A stretch of DNA of 63,796 nucleotides, filler included, from Rhabdomonas costata (taxonomy: Eukaryota): NCBI GenBank assembly GCA_019059605.1. It is 19 parts of 19 records of this genome, joined end to end, with 100 filler letters (N's around TTAATTAATTAA, not from the genome) between each part and the next. Parts side by side here need not be neighbours in the genome. Positions count along the whole stretch, not along the records: positions 10,115 to 13,381 come from JAHMHO010001093.1; positions 13,482 to 16,746 come from JAHMHO010001094.1; positions 16,847 to 20,111 come from JAHMHO010001095.1; positions 20,212 to 23,473 come from JAHMHO010001096.1; positions 23,574 to 26,837 come from JAHMHO010001097.1; 14 more parts are not named here. The stretch is one strand, 5' to 3'. Made by a program: the position numbers and the translations under genes. Under the pieces are notes generated by a model. The model saw only the letters and a list, made by a program, of their open reading frames with translations. It searched no databases and was not told the origin of the DNA. Positions 13,161-25,255 of the stretch are shown here, piece after piece (the stretch's first letter is position 1; each line of letters starts with the position of its first letter).

Positions 13161-13481
13161 CTGTGAAGAATCAGAGTTACAAATTGTCCAGGTCTGTGAG
13201 GATACACCTGGAAAAGGTCTGTGAAATACAAAAAGCAAAATGAACTGTCAGAAAATGACCGCACTCACTCAGTATTACACGGATGCTAACACATCCACGG
13301 ATTCCTCACTTTGGCCCAACTTTATTCTGGTTTGTGGTTTCTGACGCATTTTCTTTACCAAACCTACCTACCCTACCAAACNNNNNNNNNNNNNNNNNNN
13401 NNNNNNNNNNNNNNNNNNNNNNNNNTTAATTAATTAANNNNNNNNNNNNNNNNNNNNNNNNNNNNNNNNNNNNNNNNNNNN

Positions 13482-13557
13482 GATTCACGTCTTCCCTGTA
13501 GTTTCCAGAATATCTTGGGCCCAAGATATTCTGGAAACTACAGGGAAGACGTGAATC
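13482..13557. repeat. Perfect 76-bp palindrome with no loop (centre GGGCCC) at contig start
   Basis: gattcacgtc...tcttggg|cccaaga...gacgtgaatc is self-complementary over its whole length. Confidence 0.92.
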
Positions 13558-14334
13558 GAATCACCTAACCCTCGCATCTACAATGTTCTACAATGTGTAT
13601 CGTTTCAATGGGGTAGCCATTATACTGTACCTTGTTATTTTAATGCAAACTATTTGCTTTGCACACAGTCTGAATCATACTTCGGCTGTACAAAGTGCTT
13701 GCGGCTGCTGTTGGGAGGGGGGGTATGGTTTGCTGATTTCCCGTTAGCCTGGTAGATTTGGATCTGTCTTCCTGGCACGTCTTCCCTTTTGCGGAAGTCA
13801 GACAGCCTTTGCAGTGAGGGACCCACTGCCGCCCGGTCGTTTCACCTCTGGCCGGTCTGCGAAAATATATCTTGACAGTGGGTCAAATCAGGGAGAGCGA
13901 ATTTACACAGGAGAGAACAAGAGAGGGGAATGCAACGAACAAAAAGCGTCTCTTGTCCCTCCCGCCGCACCGTAGGGGTTTAGAGAGCAAATTCTGATGG
14001 TGCTTCAACCACGAAGCTCACGAGAAATATATATTAGGGTCAAATACATTTGTCCATTATCGTAACCCAGGCATAAGGACTGTCTTCCTTTTCCCGCAGT
14101 CGAGCCGCCGCGCATGAGGTTTTGGGAGTTATATGGAGTTAGGGTGTTAGAGGGCGATGCACGTGTCCCCTGAGGAATCTATATTTCAGCGCATTCTACG
14201 TGCCGTGGCTGCTCTTCGTGAAGATAGCGATTTTATGGAGAAGTTTCACGCTCTCTGTTTGGACGACTTACATGTATCTTGTCGTGATTGGTGGCTGACT
14301 TTTCGGGTGTACTGTGGGGCACGATAATGGATTT

Positions 14335-14462
14335 GTGTAATATATTATTTTATCATTATATGTATGGCATAATGGCATAATGGCATCATATGTATGGTAT
14401 GGTATAATTGGCTATAATATCATTATGGTATAATGGCATCACAGTATAATGATATTATTGTT
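14335..14462. repeat. AT-rich degenerate minisatellite (ATGGCATA/ATGGTATA units)
   Basis: Repeated atggcata, atggtat and tataat units. Confidence 0.7.
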
Positions 14463-16899
14463 CAATCGCTGGAATGGCAAAAAAACCCCATAGTACGGGC
14501 AGCCCCTCCCCCAAGCATCATTTCCCCAATTCTTTTGTCTCTCTGTACTATGCCCCGGCTTTGCCACTGTGTTGCCTTGGTTTAGCTTGGAGCCACGGCT
14601 GCGGACGAAGCTGCAGTTGCCCAAGAGGCACTCCATCGCGTTCTATGTCCCCGGGCCTGCGCCGGTGCCGCTGAATCCCACGCAGGTGCGCCGAGGACAG
14701 CCGCTGAGGAATTTACAGGAGATACAAGAGTGAAACACTCTGCGATGTGGAGGCCTTTTTTCAGGGTGTGCAGGGGATTTTTGCGAAGGGATCGGAAAGT
14801 TTTTTTACCATTATGGATACTGCTTTTGCGGATAGAAGGGAAAAGGGAAGTCATGAGAAAGCAGATGAATAAAAGCTCAGAAATAGACGTGAATCGAGGA
14901 AATTGTATTGTGATGGTCGTACTTTGGGGAGGGGGGTGTGTTGCTACTCCCTCCCCTTGCTGGCCGAGATAACGTCCTAGCTCAGTGTTGTTATTTCTGT
15001 CATAAGCACTCTATTTTGTGGGTGGGTATGACTGAGGAAACGGAAACGGATTAAAACGGATTACTGGCGTAACGCACGTTATATTCACACACACAGATAC
15101 ATGCAGAACTTTTGGATGGATGCAGACCCTCAGCAATTATCGGGATCCTCACCGGAAAGGATGGGTGCGATTGACGTGGGGGAGCGGGAGTCGTAAGCGT
15201 TCCCAGTGGTTTTCGTTACCAATGGTAACTATTTTTTCGCCAGTAAAATAATGCTGTCCTACTCGTCCCCCCATATCCCAGCCATAGGTTGTTCCTTAGC
15301 CATCACCTGATTTGACATGCAAACGTCTTCTTGGGAACATCGCCTGACTCCCTTCGACTGAAATGAAGTCATTTCAAAGTTGCATGCATCAGCAAAAGAA
15401 GAACAAGAAGAACCAGTAGCAACGGTAACCAGTGGTAACGGTTACCCTCCCCCCCCAAAAAAAATCACCAATTGGGCCTAATGGTGGGGTAGGACCCTAT
15501 TCGCTGGATGACAAACGCTTAGGTCACTCCCTGACCGGACCGGAGACCTACCATTGACCTCAGAGGAGACCTACGGATTGACCTGGTAACTCGAGCTAGA
15601 GCTCGGGGCCGCGGCTGGGTCGTAGCAGGCGGCTTGGGACGTTCCATGGAGTGGTTGCTAAGCGCTGAACATTCGCTTTTTAGGTCGCGTTAATTTTGCT
15701 GTGCATTTTATTTCAGCCAAAGGGGTTTGATATATCGTATGTTCGCTTCCGTAATATTACGATCATTGTGGTCACCCCCCTCCCCCGCAAAAATAAAATA
15801 GCCCCACATCGATTAATGAGCCTGTGGGGGATTAGGGTCGATGTTTTCAAAATGAGGATTCACATTCGTTTTATGGTTCTGGTGCTAATGGGCATTCTGT
15901 TCTGACCTGGGTTGTCTTGTTGCCTTTTGTTCAACTACTCCGCACAAGCGATGCTGGTCTATTTCCACACACCGTGCGCGTTGTAAACTGTGGGTTATCA
16001 CTTCAACACAGACCTTCAAGGAGCTGGCAGTACTGCTCCCGTGCAGGGTGCCTGGGCTTCTAATGGTGGAGTACTCGGTCTCTGAGCCTGATTCACAGGC
16101 AGCTGGCCGAAGGCCCGCTGGGTGATGAGACTGAATAAGATCGGACGTAACTGCGAGTGTTTGTGTGCGTTGTTTGTGGTTGTTACGGTGAGTTGGGGTT
16201 GTGTGTGTGTGTTATGTGCGTGTCCCTTCCGTGCCATTGGCGTCCCGGCTTTTTCGAAAGAGGTTTTTGGATTTCTTTCGCGTGCCCGTGTGGAGTTGTT
16301 GTACGGTTTTTCGCGTTGCCATTTGGACAATGAGTTTTGAAACTCCTTTTATGGTGTTTTGTCGCAGTAATTGTGAGATGAGAATGCGCAGCTGTCGTTC
16401 GGTGACTTTGCACGATTAGCGGTAAAGCACGGATTCCTTTTGTAACATTAAAAATGGTGAATTACAAAATAGAATATCATTTTGGGAAAATAAGTAAAAG
16501 AGGAATCCCTTCTGTAAAGTGGCCTGGGTCAATTTTATGCCTCCAGCGCAGGCGATCCTGGACCCAAGTACTCGAGGATTCATGCAAAAAATATTACACT
16601 GATGAGAAAAATTCGTGGTTACCTGGAAAATCTCCCATGGGGGGGGGCTGGCGGCGGGTCGAGTTTCAGCATCACATGGGCATCAGCCTTCACCCAGCGC
16701 ACCTTCAGAAAATGCAAGTCTGGGCCACCACCTCACCCACCCCACANNNNNNNNNNNNNNNNNNNNNNNNNNNNNNNNNNNNNNNNNNNNTTAATTAATT
16801 AANNNNNNNNNNNNNNNNNNNNNNNNNNNNNNNNNNNNNNNNNNNNGGTGGGGGGGTGTTACAAACCCGCAATGCCGACTTCCTTCTCGGCGCGAAACC

Positions 16900-18135
16900 C
16901 CGAGGTAAGCAGCATGTCCAACAGGAGGTCGCGTTGCAAATTGTGTGCGCCCGAAAATGAGCCTTCCGACAGCTCAGCAGGAGTTCACCATGTGGATGTG
17001 GTCGGAGACACTCGGGAAACGGCCGCCATACAGCGGACACCGGGATGAGTTGCACTCCGAGACGCAAACCCACAAGGAGCAAAAAGACGGATGTCTCAAT
17101 AGCAGTCCAAAATGTGTCGAGGTAACCACCCCAATCCACGCGCCAGATAAATGGTTTAAAAGGCACTGATGATGGAGTGAATCACGAGCATTGCCGAAAG
17201 CCAGGAGTTTAGTCCGCTGGTTTGCTGCGGATGCATTGCACCACCGTTGCTTGCTTGCCCCACGTTGCTTGCCCATGTGTCTCGCACTTCCTGATCGTTG
17301 AACAAGCAACAGCGGTTAAATAGCCATTTGGGCAGAGGGTACCGCTTGCTACCGCTCCAATCATGGGCGTGTAATAGAAGTGAATCATGTGTGAAGGCTA
17401 CCCAAAAACCCGGCACGTTCAGGAGGTCGTCAAGGTGTGGCTCCTATTGGGGTCTCCGATTGTGTTTCGACTGTGCGGTAGCACGGAACTGGCCGATATG
17501 CCCGCACTATTACTACGACTTTGCGTGGAGGGAATAATACTGCTTCTTCCTCACTTGATTTCTCGTCTCTCGCACGCTTTCCGCGGGTTATTCCCTTACG
17601 GATTCACGTGGTGCCGTCTATGTTTTCCGCATCCGCTGAAGGTCCAGGCCACTCACTTGTCTCATTGCAGTAGCCTATTTCCTCTTCATCCACTTTTTTC
17701 GTGTGCTTCGGCTATCTGCGCTTGATTGATAGTGTACTGATTCTTCGGGTTTTCTCAGTAGTCGTCTGGGCTCGTCTGCGCGCGTACCTGTAGCTACATG
17801 CACCGTTTTATATTTTTGTGTGGACTTCTGATATACATTGACCCCGATGCCGGTGGCTTTGGTGAAGGCAAAGATTTCAAGCGCTCCTACGTGCTCGGAG
17901 GTCTTCACGTTTTGCAAGTATTTGGTGATTGCTGCATTTTTATGATGCGCGTTGCCACGGCTGTACAGGTATGCTCTGCCCGCTGAGGCCAGAATCCAGT
18001 CCTGGAGATTGAGTTTACTAAAAATGTCTTGCTGCGCTGCATCCAGCTATGAGGCGGTCATTACTCGCAGGATTCGAATGGACTCCATGCAGTAATTTAC
18101 CAGTAGAGCGTGGTAGAGACAGTGCCCGTCGTATT
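16900..18135 (-). mobile_element. Degenerate intronless ORF with OTU cysteine-protease domain (~18135-17725) followed by possible decayed zinc fingers; probable transposable-element remnant
   Basis: One frame reads YDGHCLYHALL...LRVMTAS*LDAA...KYLQNVKTSEHVGALEIFAFTKATGIGVNVY...LL...VHYQS, giving the OTU Cys box, central EI-x-A box and His box with one TAG. Downstream CPLYGGRFPSVSDHIHMV resembles a broken C2H2 finger. Confidence 0.65.
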
Positions 18136-20248
18136 ATCTCTTGTTCTGGTGTGCTTTTACGACGGAATGATATCTCCAATGATTGTCCAGTGTTCTTGGG
18201 CTGAGCTTGCTTATCTTCTTCTTTTTATTCATTTTCCGCCTCTCAGAGTCTTCGATTTTACGTCTGCACGTACGGGCTTCAATCTCCTTTCGTGCTGCAG
18301 AGGTTGAGGTCGGGTTGAGTCTTCATCATGTTGCGTCCTCTGTCACGAGGTCGCGGCTTCTTCTTGTGGGTGTGGTGGCGGGCACTGCGATCCTGCCCGA
18401 GGCGATTCATTCGGGAATGATCTCTCCTCTGCTCGCTTAGTGGTCTCGGGATGGGTTTGCTGGGCAGCTGCTGTCCATTTTTGTCGACTTCTACGAGCAA
18501 TTTTTACTGCGTCCATCGTCCGTAAAGGTTCAGGAACTCATTTCTGGAAGACATCGCGGGTGCTTCCAAGGGGATTTGCTGCAATATTGCTTCCTTCTCC
18601 TCAGCGTGTATCGTGCTGCCCGGAGTGCCTTGTTGATCGAGGCTCTGAGCTCTGTGACCCTGACTTCTGCGGTCTTCCATTTACTGTGACACCTTTGTGT
18701 ATTGATTTTGGAGTTTTGATGCTCACTACAAGATGGATGATTCCCCGCTCTTTATTTGGCTCTTGGTTTCTTTTCCACCGAAAAAGGAACAAAGAGCCAT
18801 CAAAAATACACTTTTACTGATCCTATTTAAGATTATTTAAAAAAATTACGGTTACATATCTGCGATTGTCATCTGGTCCAAAACCATCCACCCTGATACC
18901 TTTCTATTGGCAAAGCATTGCTCTGACCAGAAAATACGTGGTTTGCACTCAGATGCTGCTCCTTTGTCTAAAAAATGATACCGTGTGATTTAAAATATTC
19001 CGCTCCATAGTTAGTGCTGGTGTTTGTGTGTGGATTTCATTCCATCAAGATTGTCTCCACCTAAAGTAACGACTTGTTGGTACTTAAGTCCAATCAGTAC
19101 TGCGCCGCCTCTAAAAGACCGACGCTTTGTGGGAGTTTACTATGTGCCTCTGTGCTCATGTTTCGCGGTTAGGTCTCTTCGGGTCATATGCGCCGCCGTT
19201 GAGCCCTTGTACGCCTTTCCTTTCAACTACTATTCACTTTGCGGATTAATCTGGTGTACGTAGATGGATTAGTTGACTATCTTCATCTGTGGTTGGTATT
19301 TTGCGCTCTAAACCACATGCAACTACTTTTAAACGTTGTTCACCATTTTTTCTTTCGCACGCAAAAAGAAGGCTATGAAAGTGGTATGACACAGCACAAA
19401 CAAACACACACACACACATTGTTCTGCGTTAAACTCAGTAGCGCGCACATGCAGGTCTTATTCCACTGTCTTCTACTATTCTGGTGCGCTTAGTCTCCGC
19501 AGCTATGGCCTGTGATTCCTCTGTTGTTATGCTGCGGCGCCTCCTCTGCAAAAAAAAGGCTATCCAAAATGAAATAAAAGAGACATATAAGAAAGCATTA
19601 AGGACTTACGCAATTTGTAAAATAATATAATAGGACCTATCCGTAATCATCGTAGTTCACGTTTTTTGGAGCAGCAAACAAAACCCCCTTTTTAATCCTC
19701 CTGCGACGTAATGCTCTGGATCTAGGTGTGGATACGGTGCTCTTCTTCTGGAACGCAGTAACTCTACCCTAGGTATTGTCGCATGTTGGCTACCGGCTTC
19801 AAAGTAACTCAATTCCATAGTCCGGGCGGTGTTCTGGCAGTGTCCCGGCAATTTACCAAGGCCGTGTTTCCCCCAATGTCCTATGCTCGAATTACTGGTT
19901 GACATATACCATGACCAATGGCTCGGCCAGGGACTGGCCCAAGCGGGTAGGGCGACTTTTTGCACAAGATGACCCTTGACAAGACGACGATATGAAAAAT
20001 CTCAAAGCCCACAGTGTACCCTTAGACTCGGAAAAATTGCCTGAAAAGGCATTGGGGGGCGGACGCCGATCTCCAATGCAACCTCACCCATGAAATTGAC
20101 GAGCACACCATNNNNNNNNNNNNNNNNNNNNNNNNNNNNNNNNNNNNNNNNNNNNTTAATTAATTAANNNNNNNNNNNNNNNNNNNNNNNNNNNNNNNNN
20201 NNNNNNNNNNNTTGTGGGTGTGCAGACAAGGAGGGATGTCCCGATGTT

Positions 20249-22174
20249 GTGAAAATCTGCTTACGAAACCATTCGATACGTTGGCATCGCAGAAACTTTT
20301 GCCCGGAGCTTTTGAAGTACACCAACGAGAAGCTGATTCGCTACTACCGCCCTGCGGACCTGGCGATGTTCTCTATGTTGGACGTTCCCGTCCCGTGGAA
20401 CATGCAATTCGAGAAGGTGCTTCGCCACTTGCACCTTGGTGTGTGCCCTGTGGGGTTTTGTCCACACTTCGCGCTTCGTTCAGGCTTCAAGCACCCCAGT
20501 CTGTGTTCAAAAAAAAATATGACCCGTTTCCGCCAGCAGTTTTTGAATCTTGCGCACACGATGCTTCCTCAGCATGCTTCACTACAAGTAAAGGCAGCCA
20601 TTGATACATCGAAAACTGTGAGTCACCAGTATCATCCCGCATCCCTCTCTTTCTTTTTCTCTTTCCCCCTGTGGTCTCAGTGGGTGCGGTAGGATGCGGG
20701 GAGGGCGACGAGCGACCGCGGTGCTCCTCGGACCCCGGCCGGAGTTACGAAACGGAGCCAGGCGTGACCCTCAGCGACCCCCGCCTGAGGGCACTGAAGC
20801 CCTGCGCATTGTCGGAGCTGGAGCGAGCTTCTCTGGAGAGCTCCCGGGTACCCTTGTGTCCCCAGTGCATTTCCAACGTGTCCACTTGCATGCAGATGCC
20901 TTGAGGAAAGAATGGATTGAGGATGCTGTTGTGATTGCCTGCAGGGTGTGCGGCCCAAGGAGCTGCTGAACTCTGGCATGGTGAAGGGGAAGGGTTGGCT
21001 GGGCTGCTTTGCCACCAAGAACATCTCTGCGGGCACCTTTCTAGGCGAGTACACCGGAGAGGTCATCGGCCACCGGGAGTACCACCGCCGCGCTCGCCTT
21101 TATGACTCCGTGCTCCACCGCAACTACATCTACACGGTGAGTGCACAGACCTGCTATAGTCTTCCTAAACAATAAACAACAACAAAAGATGGCCTCATCA
21201 GGCCTCGTCAGTGTTCAGCTTGTGGTACAGGCTTGGTCGGTGCTCTGTCGGTGCTTCGCGCTGCTGGTCTATAATTGTCGAACTCGGGTGGTCATATATA
21301 GAATGCCTCAAGTTCTTTCAGGATGCCTTCATATCAAAGAAGAGCAGCCAGTTGTTGGCCGTTTGGAGAGGTTCAGCTGAGAAATGCCTGGTACCATTGT
21401 CATTAGCAACCGAAACCGCGTCTATCAGAAAGGTGGGTCAGGCAAGTTCTGCTTTTTCATCAGATGCCTCCCCGTGACCTCTGTTCCTTGCTTACAGCTG
21501 TACTCCCCCAAGCCTGGGGAACCCAAGGACCGGGAGCTTTGCCTGGATGCCTTCCGCTTTGGCAGCATCCTGCGGTTCGTCAACCATGCTGGAGGGCCCC
21601 GTGCCAACGTCGCGGCAAAACCCTGGCTGGGTCACAAAGGCACCGACCCGGTGAGGATCCTCTTCTTCGCGAAGAGGGACGTGGCCTCCGGGCAGGAACT
21701 TTTGTATGGCAACAGAGTGGGGGCGGGAGCGGGACATGTTTGGGAGAACTCATTGAATAGGCAGACGCTCAAATCCCCTTAATTCTCCAGACGTATTGGG
21801 CCCTTTGGGCAGAATGGGCGTCGCCCCCTGGCCCCAGCTTTTCGCCCAAGCCCGATTGCCCTTTTTCAATTGAAAACTCGGTGGAGTTGGCCGCAAATTG
21901 TTCAAGTGTGTTGTTTTGTGTTCGCACGTAGACCCACCCACCCCGTTGCCCTTTCCACCTGTTTTGGCATTTATCACAGCGGGCCCGCTTCAGTTCCTTG
22001 CTGCCCACACGGGCATCACCTTCACTTCTTATTCCTGTTATACTCTCTATGTAGCGTGGACTACGGACCGGGCTACTTCTTTAACTTGAAGAAGAGCCGC
22101 CTCACGGTACCCATGGCTGTTCCCCTTCAGGGAAAGGTGCGCTTTTTTGCGCTCGCGCACAAACACAAAAAGCT

Positions 22175-22216
<42 letters not shown>

Positions 22217-23391
22217 GTCTTCAAGCCCAAGCAGACTCCGGGCATAATCGCAGCTCAACAGCGCACAAGACAAGGTTTTTACCGGAAGACCAAGACAACG
22301 TCAGCTCACAGCAGCCAACGCGCTATGTGGTCAACATGCACACACACAAATACAGTTAAGGCCTTTAGTTATATTTCCATCGGAATTCATCGAATATGCA
22401 CAGCACATTTCAATGATGCACGGCAACCCAGAGTTGAAGCTGAAAGGAAGCGGATACTTTCCTTCACGCTTGATTCTGGATAAGTGCCTCGGGTTCCGTG
22501 AACCACGTGCAATCTATGCGGGAGTCGAATAATAGCGGTTCTTCGTGTTTATTTTTGGGATCAGGGTGCCGGGGTGGTGGCTGGCAAAGGAACGTCAAAG
22601 AAAAGCTGGCGATGTCATATGGTGTTAGCCATGTTGTGTTCGTGTACATTTGATGTGCCAGGGGTTCACTTTTCCTTTCTTTTCTTTTCTTTTCCGCGAT
22701 ATCCAGAAGCTTTGATAATGTCGATTTAGTATCTCTCGATTTTGTCATGTCGATGATATGCACACAACCTTGATATCAAGTCATTTGTCCGGGTCTTCCC
22801 CACTTCACACTTCACACTTCACAATTCACACTTCCGCCCCAAGACAGCCACAACATTCCAATAAAGAAACCAGTGCTTTCCCGCCTTAAAAGGAATGCGC
22901 ACGTTCAAGTCCCCTTTTACCCGACCCAGCCCAATGCAACGCAACCCATGCGTACCACTCACATGTGAACGATGTGTCAATATTTGGGAAAACGTGTACT
23001 GCATCTGTTCGCGTAGTTTGAGGTGCAAGCAGTCACGTCAGTCACAGTCTGTGCTCCTTGCGGTGGGTCCGTGTGTGTGGGGGATGTCTTCAGATGAAAG
23101 GCTCGAAGGGGGAGGTAGTTGCCGTGCGCGCAACTCCTGCCGAGGATCTCGGTAACGAGCGCTTCTGGCTCGGTGTTGTACTGGACGGTGCAGGTCCTCC
23201 GGGCTGTGTCACGGTGCGGTGGCTGAACCGCCTGCTGCCCGCTCCTGGCGTGCAGGATATTGGGGAGAGGCGTTACCAGTTCACGGACCTCACGGACCCA
23301 GTGCACCAGGACAGCGTCCTTGTGTGCGGGGTAAAGTGCACCGTGGACCCCCGCTCGCAAGGTGTGGCGCGGAAACAGCGGAGGAAGGGAG
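20249..23391 (+). CDS. SET-domain lysine methyltransferase, partial; exons ~20249-20438, ~20681/20693-20847, 20945-21136, 21498-21703, 22055-22136, 23094-23391
   Basis: GKGWLGCFATKNISAGTFLGEYTGEVI, LDAFRFGSILRFVNHA, RILFFAKRDVASGQELF|VDYG are canonical SET motifs; GT-AG introns keep frame. Confidence 0.92.
22179..22211. repeat. (CA)n microsatellite; similar CA/GT or GA tracts at 3705-3725, 38083-38110, 55903-55982, 57240-57263, 59507-59529
   Basis: Direct reading of dinucleotide runs, mostly intronic. Confidence 0.9.
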
Positions 23392-23990
23392 GTGCATTTC
23401 TGGCTCGTTGTTGCCCCCCTTTCTCGCTGCTGTAATATCAGTCCACAGCTCTTCGGAAAGCGTACCAAAAAACNNNNNNNNNNNNNNNNNNNNNNNNNNN
23501 NNNNNNNNNNNNNNNNNTTAATTAATTAANNNNNNNNNNNNNNNNNNNNNNNNNNNNNNNNNNNNNNNNNNNNTTCAGGAAGGAGTGGTGCATGTCCACG
23601 AGCAAAAACACGTACAGTGTCCGAGCACACCCAAGGGCAAAAAAATACAGTGTGACAATCACAGCAACGTGGCTCCGTACCATGAAAAGATGTTGCCCAC
23701 AACACCTTAACAGTGAGTTTTCGGGATGTTCTCTAAAGGAGGCGTTTTAACCCAGGCTACAGGTGACCCTGCAACAGCACACTGAACCGCATGGTGCGCT
23801 ACTTTTTCCTTATCCAGGGTTCAGGATTTTTCAGTCTTTTCCGGACTTTTTGAGCTTAAATCATTATTAAATCTCGTCCTTGAGGTCCCATGGGCAGTTC
23901 TCGCAGAATTATTGTCTCAGTTGTAATTCTTACTATATACGCTCATTCTCCGCCATCTTCATCTTGCCGAAAGGAATTGCGGGTTTGCCA

Positions 23991-24960
23991 TCAGAAACCT
24001 GCTTCTTTGGTGCACATTTTTGAGCCCATCGCCGCCAGGTAGGTGCTGATGATTTCCTCGACTTGCTCTGGCTGCGTACGCACCACCGCTGAAAAGTCCG
24101 TGATGTCCACAAAAGCAGCGTCACCGCGCCACTTCGCAGCCCAAGCTCCGTCTGGGGCGTCGTCCCACAGGGGGCGCGGCCCTGCGAGGGCTGCAGCGGC
24201 GGGGATACATTCGTATTTTCGCCAAGACCAATCCAATCCCCAGGGAACAGATGGAAGGAAGAATCCCTCCGCTTCAATACTCATCACTGTTGAAGCAGCG
24301 GTCCACAAGCACGGTACATGACGAAACACACGCTACAGGTACAAGGCCGCAAGTACAAGTAACTAATCCCACAAAAAAAACATCCATAGCGGCAGCTTAT
24401 CCACCACATCGTCACAATGCCACAGCTCACACACACTCCGCGAATAAAGGAAACAGAATGTGTCCACGTGTGCGGGAGGAACGGCGATGAAAACCGCATC
24501 GCCCCTCCTAAAATTGGTCATCAATGTTGCCTGGCAGCGGGTGGCCCCGAGTCCGACGGCGCGCGTGGCCACCACCAGCCCGAGAGGACGGCTCTGCAGC
24601 ACCACTCTGAAGCAGAAAGGCACGAGAGCAATCGCTGGGAAGTACGAAGACCACTGCAAAGGCGTCATCCTCGCTCTTGTGGGTTTGTTCAGTCGAATTG
24701 AAAGTGATACGGAAATTCGGAAAGGGAAGAAGATCGCCCACGGTATTTTACATCATTGGTGTGGAACATCAAATAAGGCAAAGGCAACCGCAATGCTTTC
24801 ACGCACCGGCCCACCCGCCCTACACTCGACGGCAAAGCGACCAACCTGCGGCTTGGGGGGACCTGCTTGCTCGCGGGGGAGAGAGCTCAGCTCGGCCGCC
24901 CCTCTCTTCTCGAGCTCTTGCGCCATCACCTGCTTCACAACTTTCGCAATCCGTCCCTAC
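23991..24960 (-). CDS. Possible unknown spliced ORF or element remnant
   Basis: Two same-frame ORFs (24668-24363 and 24329-23991) could be joined by a short GT-AG intron; no motif recognised. Confidence 0.3.
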
Positions 24961-25255
24961 GTGCGAAGACACTCAGGCAAACCGGTCACTACCATTTTCC
25001 CATTCCCGTTAGCGTGGCTGGCCCCTCCTACACCAACCATCGGCATGTTAAAGCTAAAGAAAGAAAACGTCATGTCACGAGCACAGCGACCGCAACTATC
25101 GCAATGCACCATCCAACCCAACACTAAACGGCAGATCCACGAACCTGCGGTTTAGGGGGCCCTGCTTGCTCGCTGGAAGAAGGACCGAGCTCAACCACCC
25201 CTCTCTTCTCGAGCTCTTGCGCCAACATCTGCTTAACAACCTTTGCCATCCGCTC
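24825..25255 (-). repeat. Diverged tandem duplication of a ~125-bp coding-like segment (24825-24955 and 25124-25255)
   Basis: KQVMAQELEKRGAAELSSLPREQAGPPKPQV versus KQMLAQELEKRGVVELGPSSSEQAGPPKPQV. Confidence 0.85.

Noticed and set aside
14925-15590. Partial inverted and short tandem motifs (gttgctact/agtagcaac, ggagacctac x2) as MITE ends
   Set aside because: Matches are short and interrupted, and no target-site duplication was found.
18040-18055. In-frame TAG in the OTU domain as stop-codon reassignment
   Set aside because: Intact genes end normally in TGA, TAA or TAG and have no internal stops; the OTU ORF is otherwise degraded.
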